A model generated the notes under the pieces. That model saw nothing but the letters and a program-made list of their open reading frames with translations. It did no database searches and was not told where the DNA came from. DNA of 52,308 nucleotides, counting the filler, from Catajapyx aquilonaris (lineage: Eukaryota), in the NCBI GenBank assembly GCA_000934665.2. It is 3 parts of 3 records of this genome, joined end to end, with 100 filler letters (N's around TTAATTAATTAA, not from the genome) between each part and the next. Parts side by side here need not be neighbours in the genome. Positions count along the whole stretch, not along the records: positions 1 to 18,671 come from KZ539647.1; 2 more parts are not named here. The stretch is one strand, 5' to 3'. How positions within the stretch are numbered: position 1 is the first letter of the stretch; every line of letters starts with the position of its first letter. Positions 1 to 12,353 of this stretch are shown here, piece by piece. The position numbers and the translations under genes are program-made.

Positions 1-1084
1 TCCCGCCAACGGCCCCAGCCCCCACTGTTAGATGCAGCGCCTGGCCGGTAGGGGCGCTGCGTGTCAGAAAATCCGAATATGCACGAGGCCTATAAACGTA
101 GCTGACAGGACGCCATGCATTATGTGATTAACCGACTACCTGTGCAGTGGAAACTGCCGTGCCGAGATAAATGACAACCAAGTCCTTCCATCTTGAATTT
201 ATTTATTGCTATTAGTCTTACCGAGTTTTAGCCAGTGTATTTTTTAAAAACCCATTACTGCACCCGATGCGACGATTCGATTGGTACAATAGGGAGGTGT
301 TTCGTATGGCGTTTAACTGGTTAGCATTGATTGGAGTTACAGTAGTTATTTATACGCTTAAAAATCGTGATCACGACTCTACATTTCCCAGATGAGTTAA
401 ATTTCAAACTTTTCAAAAATCCGGGACTTTACGTACCGGTAGTACCAAGGTAGTACGCACTACCTCTGTCAGCATTCAGCCGTTAAAAGTTCTTACCGTG
501 GTTCCTGCTCTCTCTCCCCTTCTACTCGATCGTTTGAACGACGGAGCCGTCGTCGATGCAGCGTCGAAGGCACTCGGCCAGGATGTGGGAACACTTGGCA
601 CAGGTTTCCAATCCAGACAAAGCCGAGACAAAGACACAAGAAGCGTGCCAGCGCCCAGCAGTGTCCCAGCCCGAAAGAAAGGAACGGGGTCCACATCACG
701 GGCTGCACGGACGCGGATGTGGCGTGGCCGGTAAAATAATCAAATCAATCAAAATCAAATAAAACTGCAGATGACTTATACGTTTTACTGTTGTAGTTTT
801 GCAAGCTACGTGCAACTCCAAATTTTCTTGTGATATGAAACTTAATTTTGTGCAAGTTTGGATTCTCAACCTTCCCACCACATTCAAAGATTTACGCACT
901 CGAAAGGAATGCACACGGATTGCGCACGGTCTCCGCAGTATGAAGGACAGTAATCGTATCATCGTGGTGCTGTATGTAGGATTTAAGTCAGAATTAAGTT
1001 CATATTTATAGGGGAAGGTATTTTATTGATAGCCAGTTGCCTTGCACGTATATATTAAGCATTATTTTTGCTGAATTATTTCAA

Positions 1085-1924
1085 GCCACATGCAGCCAGA
1101 CATAACAGCTCAAGAAGCGTCTGAATGATCACATGAGGACAGCCCATGGAAATCAGAGCAGTGAGCCAGTCACCATCAACAAGAAGATGAAGTGACAGGT
1201 AATTTCTCTCCGCCTCTCTCTCCGCCTCTCTCTCCCTCACTCACCCTCTCTCTCCCCTCTCTCTCTCCCTCTATGACTGCTCCCATGTATTCATAGTCAA
1301 ACATGCTCACCTATGGCTCAATTTTTGCTTCGTGCTTTCCAGCACCCTCTGTCACAATCACAAGGCATGAATGCAGCTCATGCATCAAGACATACAAGCA
1401 CATAACAGGAAGCATCATCAACAAGAAGATGAATTGACAGGTAAATTCTCTGTCCCTCTCTGTCCCTCTCTATGACTGCTCCCATGTATACAAAGTCAAA
1501 CATACTCACATATGCTTCAATTTTTGCTTCGTGCTCTCCAGCTGACTCTGCCACTATCGCAAGGCATGAATACAGCCCATGCAGCAAGACATACCAGTAC
1601 AGAAAGCATCTGCATGAACACATGAGGACAGCCCAGGTAAATCAGACCAGTGACCATCAACAGGAAGATGAAGTGAAAGGTAAATTCTCTGTCTCTCTCT
1701 CTCTCTCTCCCTCTCTATGACTGCTCCCATGTATTCAAAGTCAAACATGCTCACCTATACTTCAATTTTTGCTTCGTGCTTTCCAGCTGACTCTGCCACA
1801 ATCACAAGGCATGAATGCAGCTCATGCAGCAAGACATACCAGCACAGATAGCATCTGCATGATCACATGAGGACATCCCAGGGAAATCAGAGCAGTGACC
1901 ATCAACAGGAAGATGAAGTGACAG
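1085..1924 (+). pseudogene. Four tandem, decaying copies of a C2H2 zinc-finger exon plus CT-rich intron unit (~245 bp)
   Basis: Repeated unit GCT(T/C)TCCAG|exon|GTAA(T/A)T. Full-length exons 1542-1679 and 1787-1924 are 138 nt, phase 1. Consensus across copies HECSSCSKTYQHRKHLHDHMRTAHG (C-x2-C-x12-H-x4-H). Copy 1 is partial, copy 2 (1343-1440) has a deletion, copy 3 has C>Y and H>Q, copy 4 has an in-frame TAG. Confidence 0.65.
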
Positions 1925-1986
1925 GTAATTTCTCTCCCCCCCTCTCTCCCCCTTACTCTCCCTCACTATCCCTCTCTATGACTGCT

Positions 1987-2003
1987 ATATATACATATAT
2001 GTA

Positions 2004-2059
<56 letters not shown>

Positions 2060-2080
2060 TGTATATGTGTATATATATAT
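1987..2080. repeat. (TA)n microsatellite, imperfect
   Basis: Direct reading. Confidence 0.95.
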
Positions 2081-2329
2081 GAGGCATTCCACGTCAACAG
2101 GACCCCCCTCCCCGACAAATCTTTTCCGATTTCGTCCAAAACCGAGTATGTTGTAGTACACATGGGTCTGAGCAAAGACCTCATTTTGTTTGTCCCTGCG
2201 ATGCATGGTTGCATAACTACAGGGTGCGAAATATTCCTGCACAGGTCGATGAGTAGTACATGTTATTATATTTTGGTCAAGGTCCTCAAAGATTTATCGG
2301 AAAGTGTCCCGCTTGACGTGGAATCCCTC
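2081..2329. mobile_element. MITE inserted in (TA)n, possibly Sola2-type
   Basis: TIRs GAGGCATTCCACGTCAAC / CTTGACGTGGAATCCCTC; ATAT on both sides. Confidence 0.6.
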
Positions 2330-2342
2330 ATATATATATATA

Positions 2343-3040
2343 CAGGGTGTCCCTAAATGATTGTCAACATTTGAATGTTATTTAATTTCTATTACTTGCG
2401 GTGTGAAATGACAAGACAGACATAGAACGAAAGAGCACATAAGGGAGTTTTTATTGCACACACTACAAGTCGGTACTCAATATGAGCACCTTTCGTCACA
2501 CGACATGATAGTCCAATTCTCTACACAGGCCAGCATGTCTGGTGTGATTGATTCCACAGCAGCAATAATCCTACGTTTCAACTCACACAGGCTGGTAGGG
2601 AGCCGTGGTACGAAGACCTGGTCCTTTACATATACCCCCAAAGGAAAAAGTCACATGGGGTGAGGTCGGGAGACCTTGGCGGCCACTGGAGAAAAACCAG
2701 ATCATGCTGACCGGCATGTCCGATCCGACGATCCTTGCCCTTGCAAAGGCATCCCGTCGTCTGAAACTTCTGGAACCAACGTTGAATTATTGTAGGGAGG
2801 GGCGTAACGTCGTCCGCACTGTCGCCGGAACGCCTTCTGAACAGTAACTACCGAACCAAGCTTTGCAAACTGCAGGACACGGTACGTTTTCTGTTCAGGA
2901 GACACCATTTAGTGGAGTGGCCCTGTGTGCCTCGCGGCAAAGTGCGGAACCAACTTTTCTGTGTGAAATAAAAACTCCCAAATGTGGTCTTTCGTTCTAT
3001 GTATGTCTTGTCATTGCACACCGCATTCAATTGTAAACAT
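2343..3040 (-). mobile_element. Internally deleted Tc1/mariner-family transposon
   Basis: TA|CAGGGTGTCCC end; inverted sub-terminal match 2401-2452 vs ~2968-3020. Minus-strand peptides MVSPEQKTYRVLQFAKLGSVVTVQKAFRR and WPPRSPDLTPCDFFLWGYVKDQV are typical mariner-family N- and C-terminal motifs. Confidence 0.85.
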
Positions 3041-4374
3041 TTTAAGAGCAATCCGAGCAAAATCGGACGAGTAGTTTCGATTTTATAGCCAATTCCAAGG
3101 CGAGTGTCACTTATGTACTTCTTGAGCCAAATAAAACATGACGCGGACAGGGGAGAGTCGGGGACTTTTGATACGTTGTACAGCATGCCAAACATAGCCT
3201 GTGTGCAAATTTTCAGCTTTGCGTAATTTTTGTCACGGTTCGGCCCAGGTTCGGCCTGATTTTTGGGCTAACAGTGATGGGTGAGGCTGGGCGCAAGCAA
3301 TTTAAATTTAACCCTTAACTACTTAGGTGGAGCCTGAGTGTTGCCTCGAACCACTATTTAAGCGTGATGTAATTAAGTCATAAACAAGACCCGTTTTTCT
3401 GTCGGAATATGCTGACTCAGCGTGTGATTTTTACATTTTCGGAAGCCTAATGATCTGAACTGAACTTTCTGTATGTGAAAAGTCCAATAAGACAATTTAG
3501 CTGATAAGCAGAGATTTAAATATACCGTTGGAGCCGCTCCGGCTCCACTTAAGTAACTAAAGGTGTTTCGGCCACATACGTACGTAAGTAGTTAAGTAAA
3601 CAGTTTGCTAGGCCAAAGTACTTTTATGAGACCAACTCTCTCTGTTTTTGCTTGCTTGATGTGACTTGGAAGAAGGCCCGCTCAGATTGGACAAGTGTAT
3701 CAGGTTTCTACTAGGCCCCAGGAAGTCTCAGTCTTCACCAATGGACATCTGGATGTCACTAAGATCCCTGACGTTGTAATTGACTTACAGTACGGTCTGG
3801 TAACGCAGAAAACAAGCTAAGTTATAATGGGGGTGTCGACTCATCATGCAAGTATCCGAAGGCATGATCCCATATAGAAATTAGGTTCCTTGATAGTTGC
3901 TATAATGCAAATGATGTGTAGGCCTATTACTGCTGCTCGCAGATTATCGCCGACATGACTGAACCATGAGCTTCATGGCTCCTTTGCTTCCGGAACCCAA
4001 CAAACGAGCAGTGTTACGCCGGGACCTACTTCTACACGTCCTCCAAAGAAAAAAAGCATTCAAAATACCATAGTACAAATAATTAGCCTATTTTACACTG
4101 TGAGATATTCACATGTTAAATAATTTGAAAATTATATCGTACGCAAATACAGCAAAGTAATTATTGCTTCCTAAAATGATTTAAATACAGTTCATCATAC
4201 ACTCAGCAATATATTACTTCTGCCTAGACCTAACACTTCTTTTACGGATCATATTTCTTGTCCTGAACAGACTGGAGCACAAAGATCACAGTTTTTTTTT
4301 TTTTTTTGTGCACTCTCTGAAGCGCTGAAACTTTTTTTCTTTTCTTTTCTTTTCTTTATTTCTTTTTCTTTTTC

Positions 4375-4377
<3 letters not shown>

Positions 4378-4452
<75 letters not shown>
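4378..4452. repeat. (ATT)n microsatellite
   Basis: Direct reading. Confidence 0.95.
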
Positions 4453-4453
<1 letters not shown>

Positions 4454-6846
4454 TTTTGCTGAGATACAAGAGTATATCAGGCAAGAATCTCGTCAGGAAA
4501 ACAGTCTTGCAGTCTGGAAAATATTCATTGCAAGATAATTCGTCAAGAAAAAATGGTTCTGGCGTATTGGTGTCGTACTATATTTTCCGTCGCTGATTTT
4601 CAGCGTCACACAATCAAAAATAATGTGACACTTGACACAGGGCCAATACACTGCATTTCGCAAACTAATCCGGAGTGGATACACACCATAACTGACCATC
4701 GAGCGAGTCCAAGAATCGAACGAATGGAAAAATCAAAATGATTCTTCTGCCAGGATGGATGTCCTGCAAAACCAGCTATGATGTAGGTGGACAGCATATG
4801 GCGTTGAGGCAGGCTAAGTGTACGCGCAGTCCAAATTGAACCGGACGGCAAAGGCAGAGAACACTTCTGCTCCGTCCAGTTCAATCAGTGGGTATGTCTC
4901 CTCGCCTCCAATTTAGGGTACTCTCCTGACAACTTCAGCAAATAGTGTTTTTTTCATTTTTTTTTTGATATGTAACGTTTACTTTCAGCGTTTTCAATTG
5001 GGGTAACTTTTTATTGTTAAACTGGCCTTACTCACCGAGCTTTTTTGTTGTTCCTTTCTCCTCACTTTATCGAGCTCTCTTTCAAAGTCAAATAGCAGAA
5101 AATAGGAGTAATTAGATGTCATGAAGACGGACTTCAAGTAAGGCTTATCGGGAAAGATTAGTGAGGCTATTGTGGTTTTGTAAAACAACTGGAACAACCA
5201 CTTCAAAAATCTCAAGACGGTGTTAATAGACAATAAATTCGTACGTACACGAGACTTCAAAATATGAGATAGACGCCACAGTTACAGGACAGCCACAAAT
5301 TTTTTTTGTTAGTTTAGTGAGAAGTGTAAAAACTGATACGTGTATTCCCTTGGGTATTCCTCTAATTCACTAATCAGTTGCCGATAGCATATGACTTGAA
5401 TCTCCCATATGCACAAGTTACTAATGGTTTAATAAGTTAGTGTTGTAATAAGATGATGGTTTATAAGCTAGAGTGCTAGACTAAGATTCCAAACATAATG
5501 CATAGGCTGTGAATATTGTATACTCTAGGAGTCTAGGTCACCTGTAATTCTGTGTAATAGGCTAGTTTCCTTGAGGCAGTTACGAATTTAGCCATCTCCT
5601 TTACCTCCTTCACCCCCATTTTTATTTATTCGCTGATACAGATGAGCTAATGTCATGTAACACTATTGCCATCAGTCATTTTGGCAGGTCCCCTGTATTT
5701 CTTATTTATTAATTAATGTTGAGTGGCATCCAAAATTTATGAACGTGTAGGCGAAAAACGGCAATAATTCATAATAAGACTGTTTCTCAAATTGCTAACA
5801 CTCATTTCTCAAAAAGGTGTTTTGACCTACTGGTCCTTTATCAGTATTTTCAAAGGTGGCGATCACATTTTAGCTGTATTTGATTTAGGCCTATGGCTCT
5901 CTGTGATGCGTATCCCCACAGGCAAATAAATTGTACCCAATGGGCTAAATATAACATTACATGTGACAGCCATATACACTATACTAACCGATCTTCAACA
6001 CTGAATTTGCAATTAATAAAGTACTTCTGATGCAATATCGTTGGCAAGTAAACCTTGTTGATAGATACCGTCTATCATAGATACGAAGATACCATCTATC
6101 AACAAGGTTTACTTGCCAACCTACTGTATGTTGGCAAGTAAACCTTGTTGATTGATACCACAAACATGCCGTGCCGCAAGCAAATGAGTCGCATTCCAAA
6201 GAGGTCCACAAACTCAAAGTTTTACTACCTTAAATTCCCGAATCCAGCTCATCCAGAGGTAGGTCCTGATTACTTGGGAGGTCATTCGCGTTTGTATAAG
6301 GTCATGGCTGGGTTGCAAGTGTCATTTGACGTTTTTGCAGGTTGCAACTTTATTGCCCACCCGGTGACCCCCTTCCCCGCACCTCCTTCCATCGTCTTCT
6401 CGCCTTGGGTTAAGAGAGTCATATCAAAATATTCAGCTTTTTAGAGGGTATCTGATAAAACGACTGCCCATCGGGGTCAGGGAATGAGTATGCAAATTTT
6501 CATTGGGAAGCTTCGATCTAAATTCGTCACTCGTGCCGTTTGATTTTTGTTTCAACAAACAACAATGGGACTGATCAACAAAATAATAGTCGAATCCTGG
6601 TAACGAACTGACAACTGAAGGGAGTCAGACCTGATATTGTCGAGGGCCCGATGATATTGTTTAGCGGTAATTTCGGCTACCTCTACTTGACGAGGACACC
6701 ATCAGTACACTCTCTGCTGGGGACTTGTAAGAGCTGGTGGCCCCCATTTTAAATCCCCACCCATGACCACTGCACTACCTCTCTAACACAACCAATTCTC
6801 TAAAAATGCAATAACTTCTGTTAAACCCCAACCATTTTTGTCTCAG

Positions 6847-7449
6847 CTAACAGATGAGATACGGAGGGCTTCCGACAACCTCGACGGGACATACATACCG
6901 TCCCCGCCAGCCACTCCCGTAATGATGCACCCAAGGGTCCAAGACGACACTCGTCGTGCTGAAAGCTACGTCTTTGCTCGTGCTGAAAGCTGCTTCTTTC
7001 CTCGTGCTGAAAGCTGTGCTGAAGGAAGTGTCCCTCCTCGTGCTGAAAGCTGCTTCTTTCCTCGTGCCGAAAGCTGTGCTGAAGGAAGTGTCCCTCCTCG
7101 TGCTGAAAGCTGCTTCTTTCCTCGTGCTGAAAGCTGCTTCTTTCCTCGTGCTGAAAGCTGCTTCTTTCCTCGTGCTGAAAGCTGCTTCTTTCCTCGTGCT
7201 GAAAGCTGTGCTGAAGGAAGTGTCCCTCCTCGTGCTGAAAGCTGCTTCTTTCCTCGTGCTGAAAGCTGTGCTGAAGGAAGTGTCCCCCCTCGTGACGAGT
7301 TTGGCGTCACTCCTCGGAGGACCAGCCAGCGGTGGAGAATGGCAAAGCGATTTTTCATGGCTCTCATCTTGTTTATGGTGAACATACTGTTGAGCCTGAT
7401 GCCGATGGGGATCGTTGTGCTGGTGGTGGCCTTCATCTTCAGCGGTTAG
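6847..7449 (+). CDS. Putative terminal coding exon: RAESCFFP / RAESCAEGSVPP tandem repeats followed by a C-terminal hydrophobic (one or two TM) segment
   Basis: Acceptor TTTTTGTCTCAG at 6835-6846; open to TAG at 7447-7449. Repeat units are 24 and 36 bp. A basic stretch RRTSQRWRMAKR precedes FFMALILFMVNILLSLMPMGIVVLVVAFIFSG. AATAAA near 7889. Confidence 0.5.
   Translation, partial: LTDEIRRASDNLDGTYIPSPPATPVMMHPRVQDDTRRAESYVFARAESCFFPRAESCAEGSVPPRAESCFFPRAESCAEGSVPPRAESCFFPRAESCFFPRAESCFFPRAESCFFPRAESCAEGSVPPRAESCFFPRAESCAEGSVPPRDEFGVTPRRTSQRWRMAKRFFMALILFMVNILLSLMPMGIVVLVVAFIFSG
6955..7290. repeat. Minisatellite with 24-bp and 36-bp variant units
   Basis: CGTGCTGAAAGCTGCTTCTTTCCT and CGTGCTGAAAGCTGTGCTGAAGGAAGTGTCCCTCCT interspersed. 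Confidence 0.95.
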
Positions 7450-8059
7450 TCCTCCAGGATTGATGGATGGCCATCTTCTCTTGTGGGGCAGTGACTTTGC
7501 AAGAAGGTGCCGACGGAGGTGATCGAAGTACTGACGGATTCCTTCCGTTCTGACAGGAAGAACTATCAGAGGCATACAGAGCGGTGACTACCATCAGCAT
7601 ACTCAAGAGGCTTATACCGTCAAGAGAGACACCCTTTCTATCCGTTATGTTTGTTAAAGTTTATTCACACTGATAATATAATTTTGGAGCTAGTGTATTA
7701 TGAGGACATCAGAGAATCGGGATGTCTGAAGAAAACGCCATTCAACTAAATATTGTAATTGGTCCGATCCCAAGATTTACCTCACAATATGTAAGCGATA
7801 ATCGCTATTTTCTGTTTATATACCTGTGTAACACGGAGTTATTCGTTTCCATGATGACACTAGCATGTTAGAAAGTGTCACACGTAGGAATAAAAATAAA
7901 AAATGTTCTGAAATAAGCAGCATGCGTTTTAACTTCTTTACTATGATCATTGCCGTTCCCAAATAGACGCCACTCAACATTAATATTAAAATACAGAGAC
8001 CTGCCTAATGAATGAGGGCGACGGTGATTCAGGACATTAGACCATAATTATAGAGCTGC

Positions 8060-8061
<2 letters not shown>

Positions 8062-8131
<70 letters not shown>
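8062..8131. repeat. (TA)n microsatellite
   Basis: Direct reading. Confidence 0.95.
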
Positions 8132-8134
<3 letters not shown>

Positions 8135-8749
8135 AAAAAGGGGGGTGAAAGAGTCGATGGAAGGTGGCTAAATTCGTACAGACCATCATGGCAAACTATT
8201 GTAGTTATAGAGTATGACAAGCGTATCTCTACACTGTATGTTACACGGAATAAAAGGTATAATGACAGTTTTAAATATTCTCAGCCTATATGTCCTGTAT
8301 CCGATCTCTTATCCACCTCATAAACTGTCATCCTAATACGGTACAACAGTAGCTTAGTAAACAAACTATCAGCCTCAGTGTACGCATGTTACAGTCCGGT
8401 GTGTTATAGTAAGCAGTCATAATAATTACTGCAAGAATTACTGTATATCAATGTGGAAAGGTAAAAAAAAGTACAAGCGTAGGCTATAATATAAGATTCT
8501 GTGCAAGCCCACACATAAATTAATAATGATATGTTGTCTTCTGCACACTTCTGCTCTTTTGGATTAAAATACGACAGTTTATCACTATAGTATGCAATTG
8601 GGTTGCTTTAATTCTCCGAGTGTTATCTCTGAACCAGTCTGTTGCTTGAACTCGGCACTGTCTTGTTACTGTGTGATGTGATAACTGATAACAGCCTATT
8701 TCAGAGCAGTAGTTACTAACATTATTAAAAGTGAATGCACTGTCACTGC

Positions 8750-8829
<80 letters not shown>
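8750..8829. repeat. (AAT)n microsatellite
   Basis: Direct reading. Confidence 0.95.
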
Positions 8830-8830
<1 letters not shown>

Positions 8831-9524
8831 CAGTACTAGTATTGTAGAACAACTCAAACATTGCGAAGTCGAAGTAACCTATACAAAATGAAACTGACAT
8901 AACTGGTCGCAATGCCAAAATTATGGAAATTAAGCATTCCCAAGTCCATTTTTCTATTCTTCCTCCCTGCCGGTTGCCCCGCGAAAAAGGAATAGTGGGG
9001 AATCGCTACGCTCCCAATGTTAATTTCCCGACTTCATAACTCGCGATCGGGTTAATCGATTTCAAATCGGAAACCAGATTTATACTCCGCTCACTCCAGT
9101 TACAAACTTTAGATAGATACACAACAACTTGGGCCATTACCGGGGTCATTAGCCGGGGTCAAATTTCAAAAAGTGTCGTTACTTCCACCAGGGTACAGCC
9201 TAAACGGAGCGTCGAAGAGGGTCATACAATGTGTAATTAGATCCGCAATGTTCCCAGGAAGCGCCCTTCTGCCTACCTTTTTTTTGAGAAAAACCTTTAC
9301 TTTTTGAGTTTCGAGGCGATTTCGATAGTGTCAGATTTGTGGCTCTCGCTCTCTTTCTGTACAGAGACCGGATATACTTGGGAGGGGGGTCCCAGTCTGG
9401 GGCCCACTTCCCCCACAGGAAGTTGAAGGGGGGAAAATTTGGGACGAAAGGGGGGACATCAGCATGTTCCTTCAATTAGTAATCTTTACATTACTTTATT
9501 CTGACGATGAAAAGAATTAAATAA

Positions 9525-9880
9525 AAATAGGCAGTAAAACTGCTGAAAACTATTCTTCCTCTGGGTGAGAATAAAAGTAAGAAACAGGTCCATAGGTGGG
9601 GGTTGGTTCGTGTCATAGGGATGTGTGATAATAAAATTTAATTCAAAACATTCGTGCTTTGGGGCTGGGAAGAATTAGGCAGATATCTCTTTTATGTACT
9701 TCTCCGACTCTCATACTCTGCCTAATTCTTCCCAGCCCCAAAGCACGAATGTTTTGAATTAAATTTAATTACCACACATCCCTATGACACGAACCAACCC
9801 CCACCTATGGACTTGTTTCTTACTTTTAATCTCACCCAGAGGAAAAATAGTTTTCGGCAGTTTTACTGACTATTTTTTAT
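9525..9880. repeat. Long inverted repeat (~160-bp arms, short spacer), probable foldback element
   Basis: ...GGGGCTGGGAAGAATTAGGCAGA and TCTGCCTAATTCTTCCCAGCCCC... mirror each other out to AGTAAAACTGC / GCAGTTTTACT. Confidence 0.85.
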
Positions 9881-10532
9881 CTATATCTGGAGTTACTCCT
9901 AACATGTAGGCTACTATGGAATCATTGCGTTTCAAAATCCCTCCTAGCCGAAGATTGTCCCCTAATTCTGCATGTTTTTTCACGCTACTCCCCAAGGAAA
10001 ACGTGTTGACTGAATCACAATCATGTGAGAGCCAAACGAGGTTTCATTTCCAAATCATTCCATTTTATTCCATATTCCACAACAATGAAGTTTTTCTGGT
10101 CCTTTGGAGATTTGACTTACAGTTAGAGAAGTTCCACTATGTCCAAGACTGTGTCACTCTTGTCATGGGTAAGATAAAATGTCTGCTGTACTGTACGTAT
10201 AGCCTATGAAAAACGAAACGAACTATTCATTAACATAATAAATGAGAATAAAAATACTTTTAAAATATACGAATATTTTAATATTGTACTTATGACGCCA
10301 TGCGATGGCGAGCATTTCGAGAAGATCCCGACGGAGATTTTGCGACCATAGCTGATACGATCGCCTTTTGTATTCTAATGCTGGTATGTCTTATATAGAT
10401 AGTAAACTCCGAACAAGTAGTGGATCCTCGTTATTATTTGCTTGGAATATTGTTACCAACACTTGATAACAAGGATCAACCACTTGTTCTGAATTTACAA
10501 TCGATCACGCATCCCAGCCTAAATGCCGCATT

Positions 10533-11203
10533 CAGTGGTTCCCAAACTGTGCTCCGCGGAGCCCTTGGGGCTCCGCGAAGCTCCGCAAATGGCTCTGCGG
10601 AAACTTTGAGAACAACATGACACTTTTGCATTTTTTAAAAATAATCATTTGTCCACCTGGCCTTGAACACAACAGCGCCTAAATTTTTAGTTTATTGGGC
10701 GAATTTTTCACAGCAAGTGGCATTTCATGGAACAACTGCTTAAATGTAATGTGTTATGCTCAAACCCCGAAAACGGCCATTGAGCGAAAAAACGACCATT
10801 TCGCTGAAAGCTCGTTTTCAAACGAGCAGACCCCGAAATGCTCCTTTTAAAAGACCAGAACGCTTTTCTGGACTACACAAAAATCTCTGGACGCGAAATT
10901 AGTGTCGTGGCTGGTTCAGAATGAGGGAGAATGAAGGAGACGGGGATGGACTCTGTCAGTTACATTAACCTAAGCTTGTGTGACCTTGAACCACAAAAAA
11001 TGTGGCGGGCTTGTTTGCACTTTCCTCATCCCTCTTCCCTGTCGCTCCGGGTGCCTAATCCACTTGCTACGCCCCTGCTGCGGTGTAGGCCCTACCTAAA
11101 GTCCGCATTGAGGGGGGGGGGGGGGGGAAGGAATGTCAGGGGCTCCGCTGTCAAATTTTTTCGCAAAACGGGCTCAATGGGACAGAATGTTTGGGAACCA
11201 CTG
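10533..11203. mobile_element. Non-autonomous hAT-like element
   Basis: TIRs CAGTGGTTCCCAAAC / GTTTGGGAACCACTG. An internal segment (~10763-10920) recurs at ~16598-16760. Confidence 0.75.
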
Positions 11204-11820
11204 GCCTATATGATTGTTGGCCCATATTGTATCAGTTTAGGCCTACATGTCTTATGTAATTATGTTGTGTAGAATCTACGACAACTGGCTGTCGTATCAA
11301 CTGGCAACTGGCCGCAGGTCAGCTGGCTGTTATTGTGCCATTTGGCTGCGGGTCAACTGGCTGCAGGTTGTTCATTTGGAACACCGACAATGTACCAATG
11401 TTGCCGAACGGGATTGGCTGGTGTGCATCAAATCGTTCGTAATGAGAAATTCATTGAACACGAGGGCACAATATATTAATGATACGTATATCAGCGTCAG
11501 GTTGAAGGTTGGCGAAACCACAATAGTGATCGTTGGCCTACGGCGCCACAAGACGGACAGTATTGGTGCGGTCACCCCAAAGCCATACAGATGACACCAA
11601 CACAACGGGAACAGCCTTTTTCGTTAATACTGAAGGTTGGCAAAGCCACAATAGTGTTCGTTGGCCTGCGATGCCACAAGACGGACAGTAAATGTTGCGG
11701 ATTCAAAACTTACAATAGCGCCTCCTCGCTCCGCTATCGCTCCGCATTACCTAAAATTATCACTCACGGGAGACGTACCGTGCCTGGCAGGGCCACAAGA
11801 CGGACAGTATTGGTGCGGTC

Positions 11821-12353
11821 TTAGGGAGGCATATATGGTGGTCTGGTGGTTACACCACTGGCCAGCCCAGCGGGGATAAACTATTGTTTATCCGCACCTT
11901 AACAACGCGGTCGGGGTTGGACGGGCGGGGGGCGTCCCGACTGTTGGCAACGTTGCGTCGCAAACAATCGGGTGCCTTTGGTAAGAAGACGCCCTTTGTT
12001 GTGCTCTCCCGGTAACCGATTGTTTGCAACACGTAGACAACATGCTTGGAGTCCACCACCCCTTCCCAACCCCGCCTCGTCGCTAGGTGCGGATAAATGA
12101 TAAGCTTTCCCCAAGCGGGAGGCCGGGGTTCAAATCCCGTCCCCGTCACCTCTGCTTGGCCGAGTCTTTTTCCGCTTTTCACCCGACATGCCGGGGCAGA
12201 ATAATTGCACTCCCTACTCTGCCCAGGGCCAGGAGAAAAGGTCTGATGTATTTCAGAAAGTCAGAAATGACTATAATTACAGCGTCCTCCCTCGGGAACC
12301 TCCCCTTCCCCCCCTAAAAGGGCTCCGCCCTATCACGCGATAATTTTTTAAAA
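11821..12353 (+). mobile_element. SINE-like retroposon nested in another repeat
   Basis: Near-perfect flanking duplication AGTATTGGT(G/A)CGGTC; pol III B-box-like GGTTCAAATCCC at ~12127. Confidence 0.55.

Noticed and set aside
476..762. GC-richer segment with several short ORFs and possible splice sites on both strands
   Set aside because: May be an exon, but there is no recognisable domain and strand and frame cannot be determined
8520..8918. Poly-Leu ORF and YI-repeat ORFs (1966-2242, 8029-8220)
   Set aside because: Translations of microsatellites
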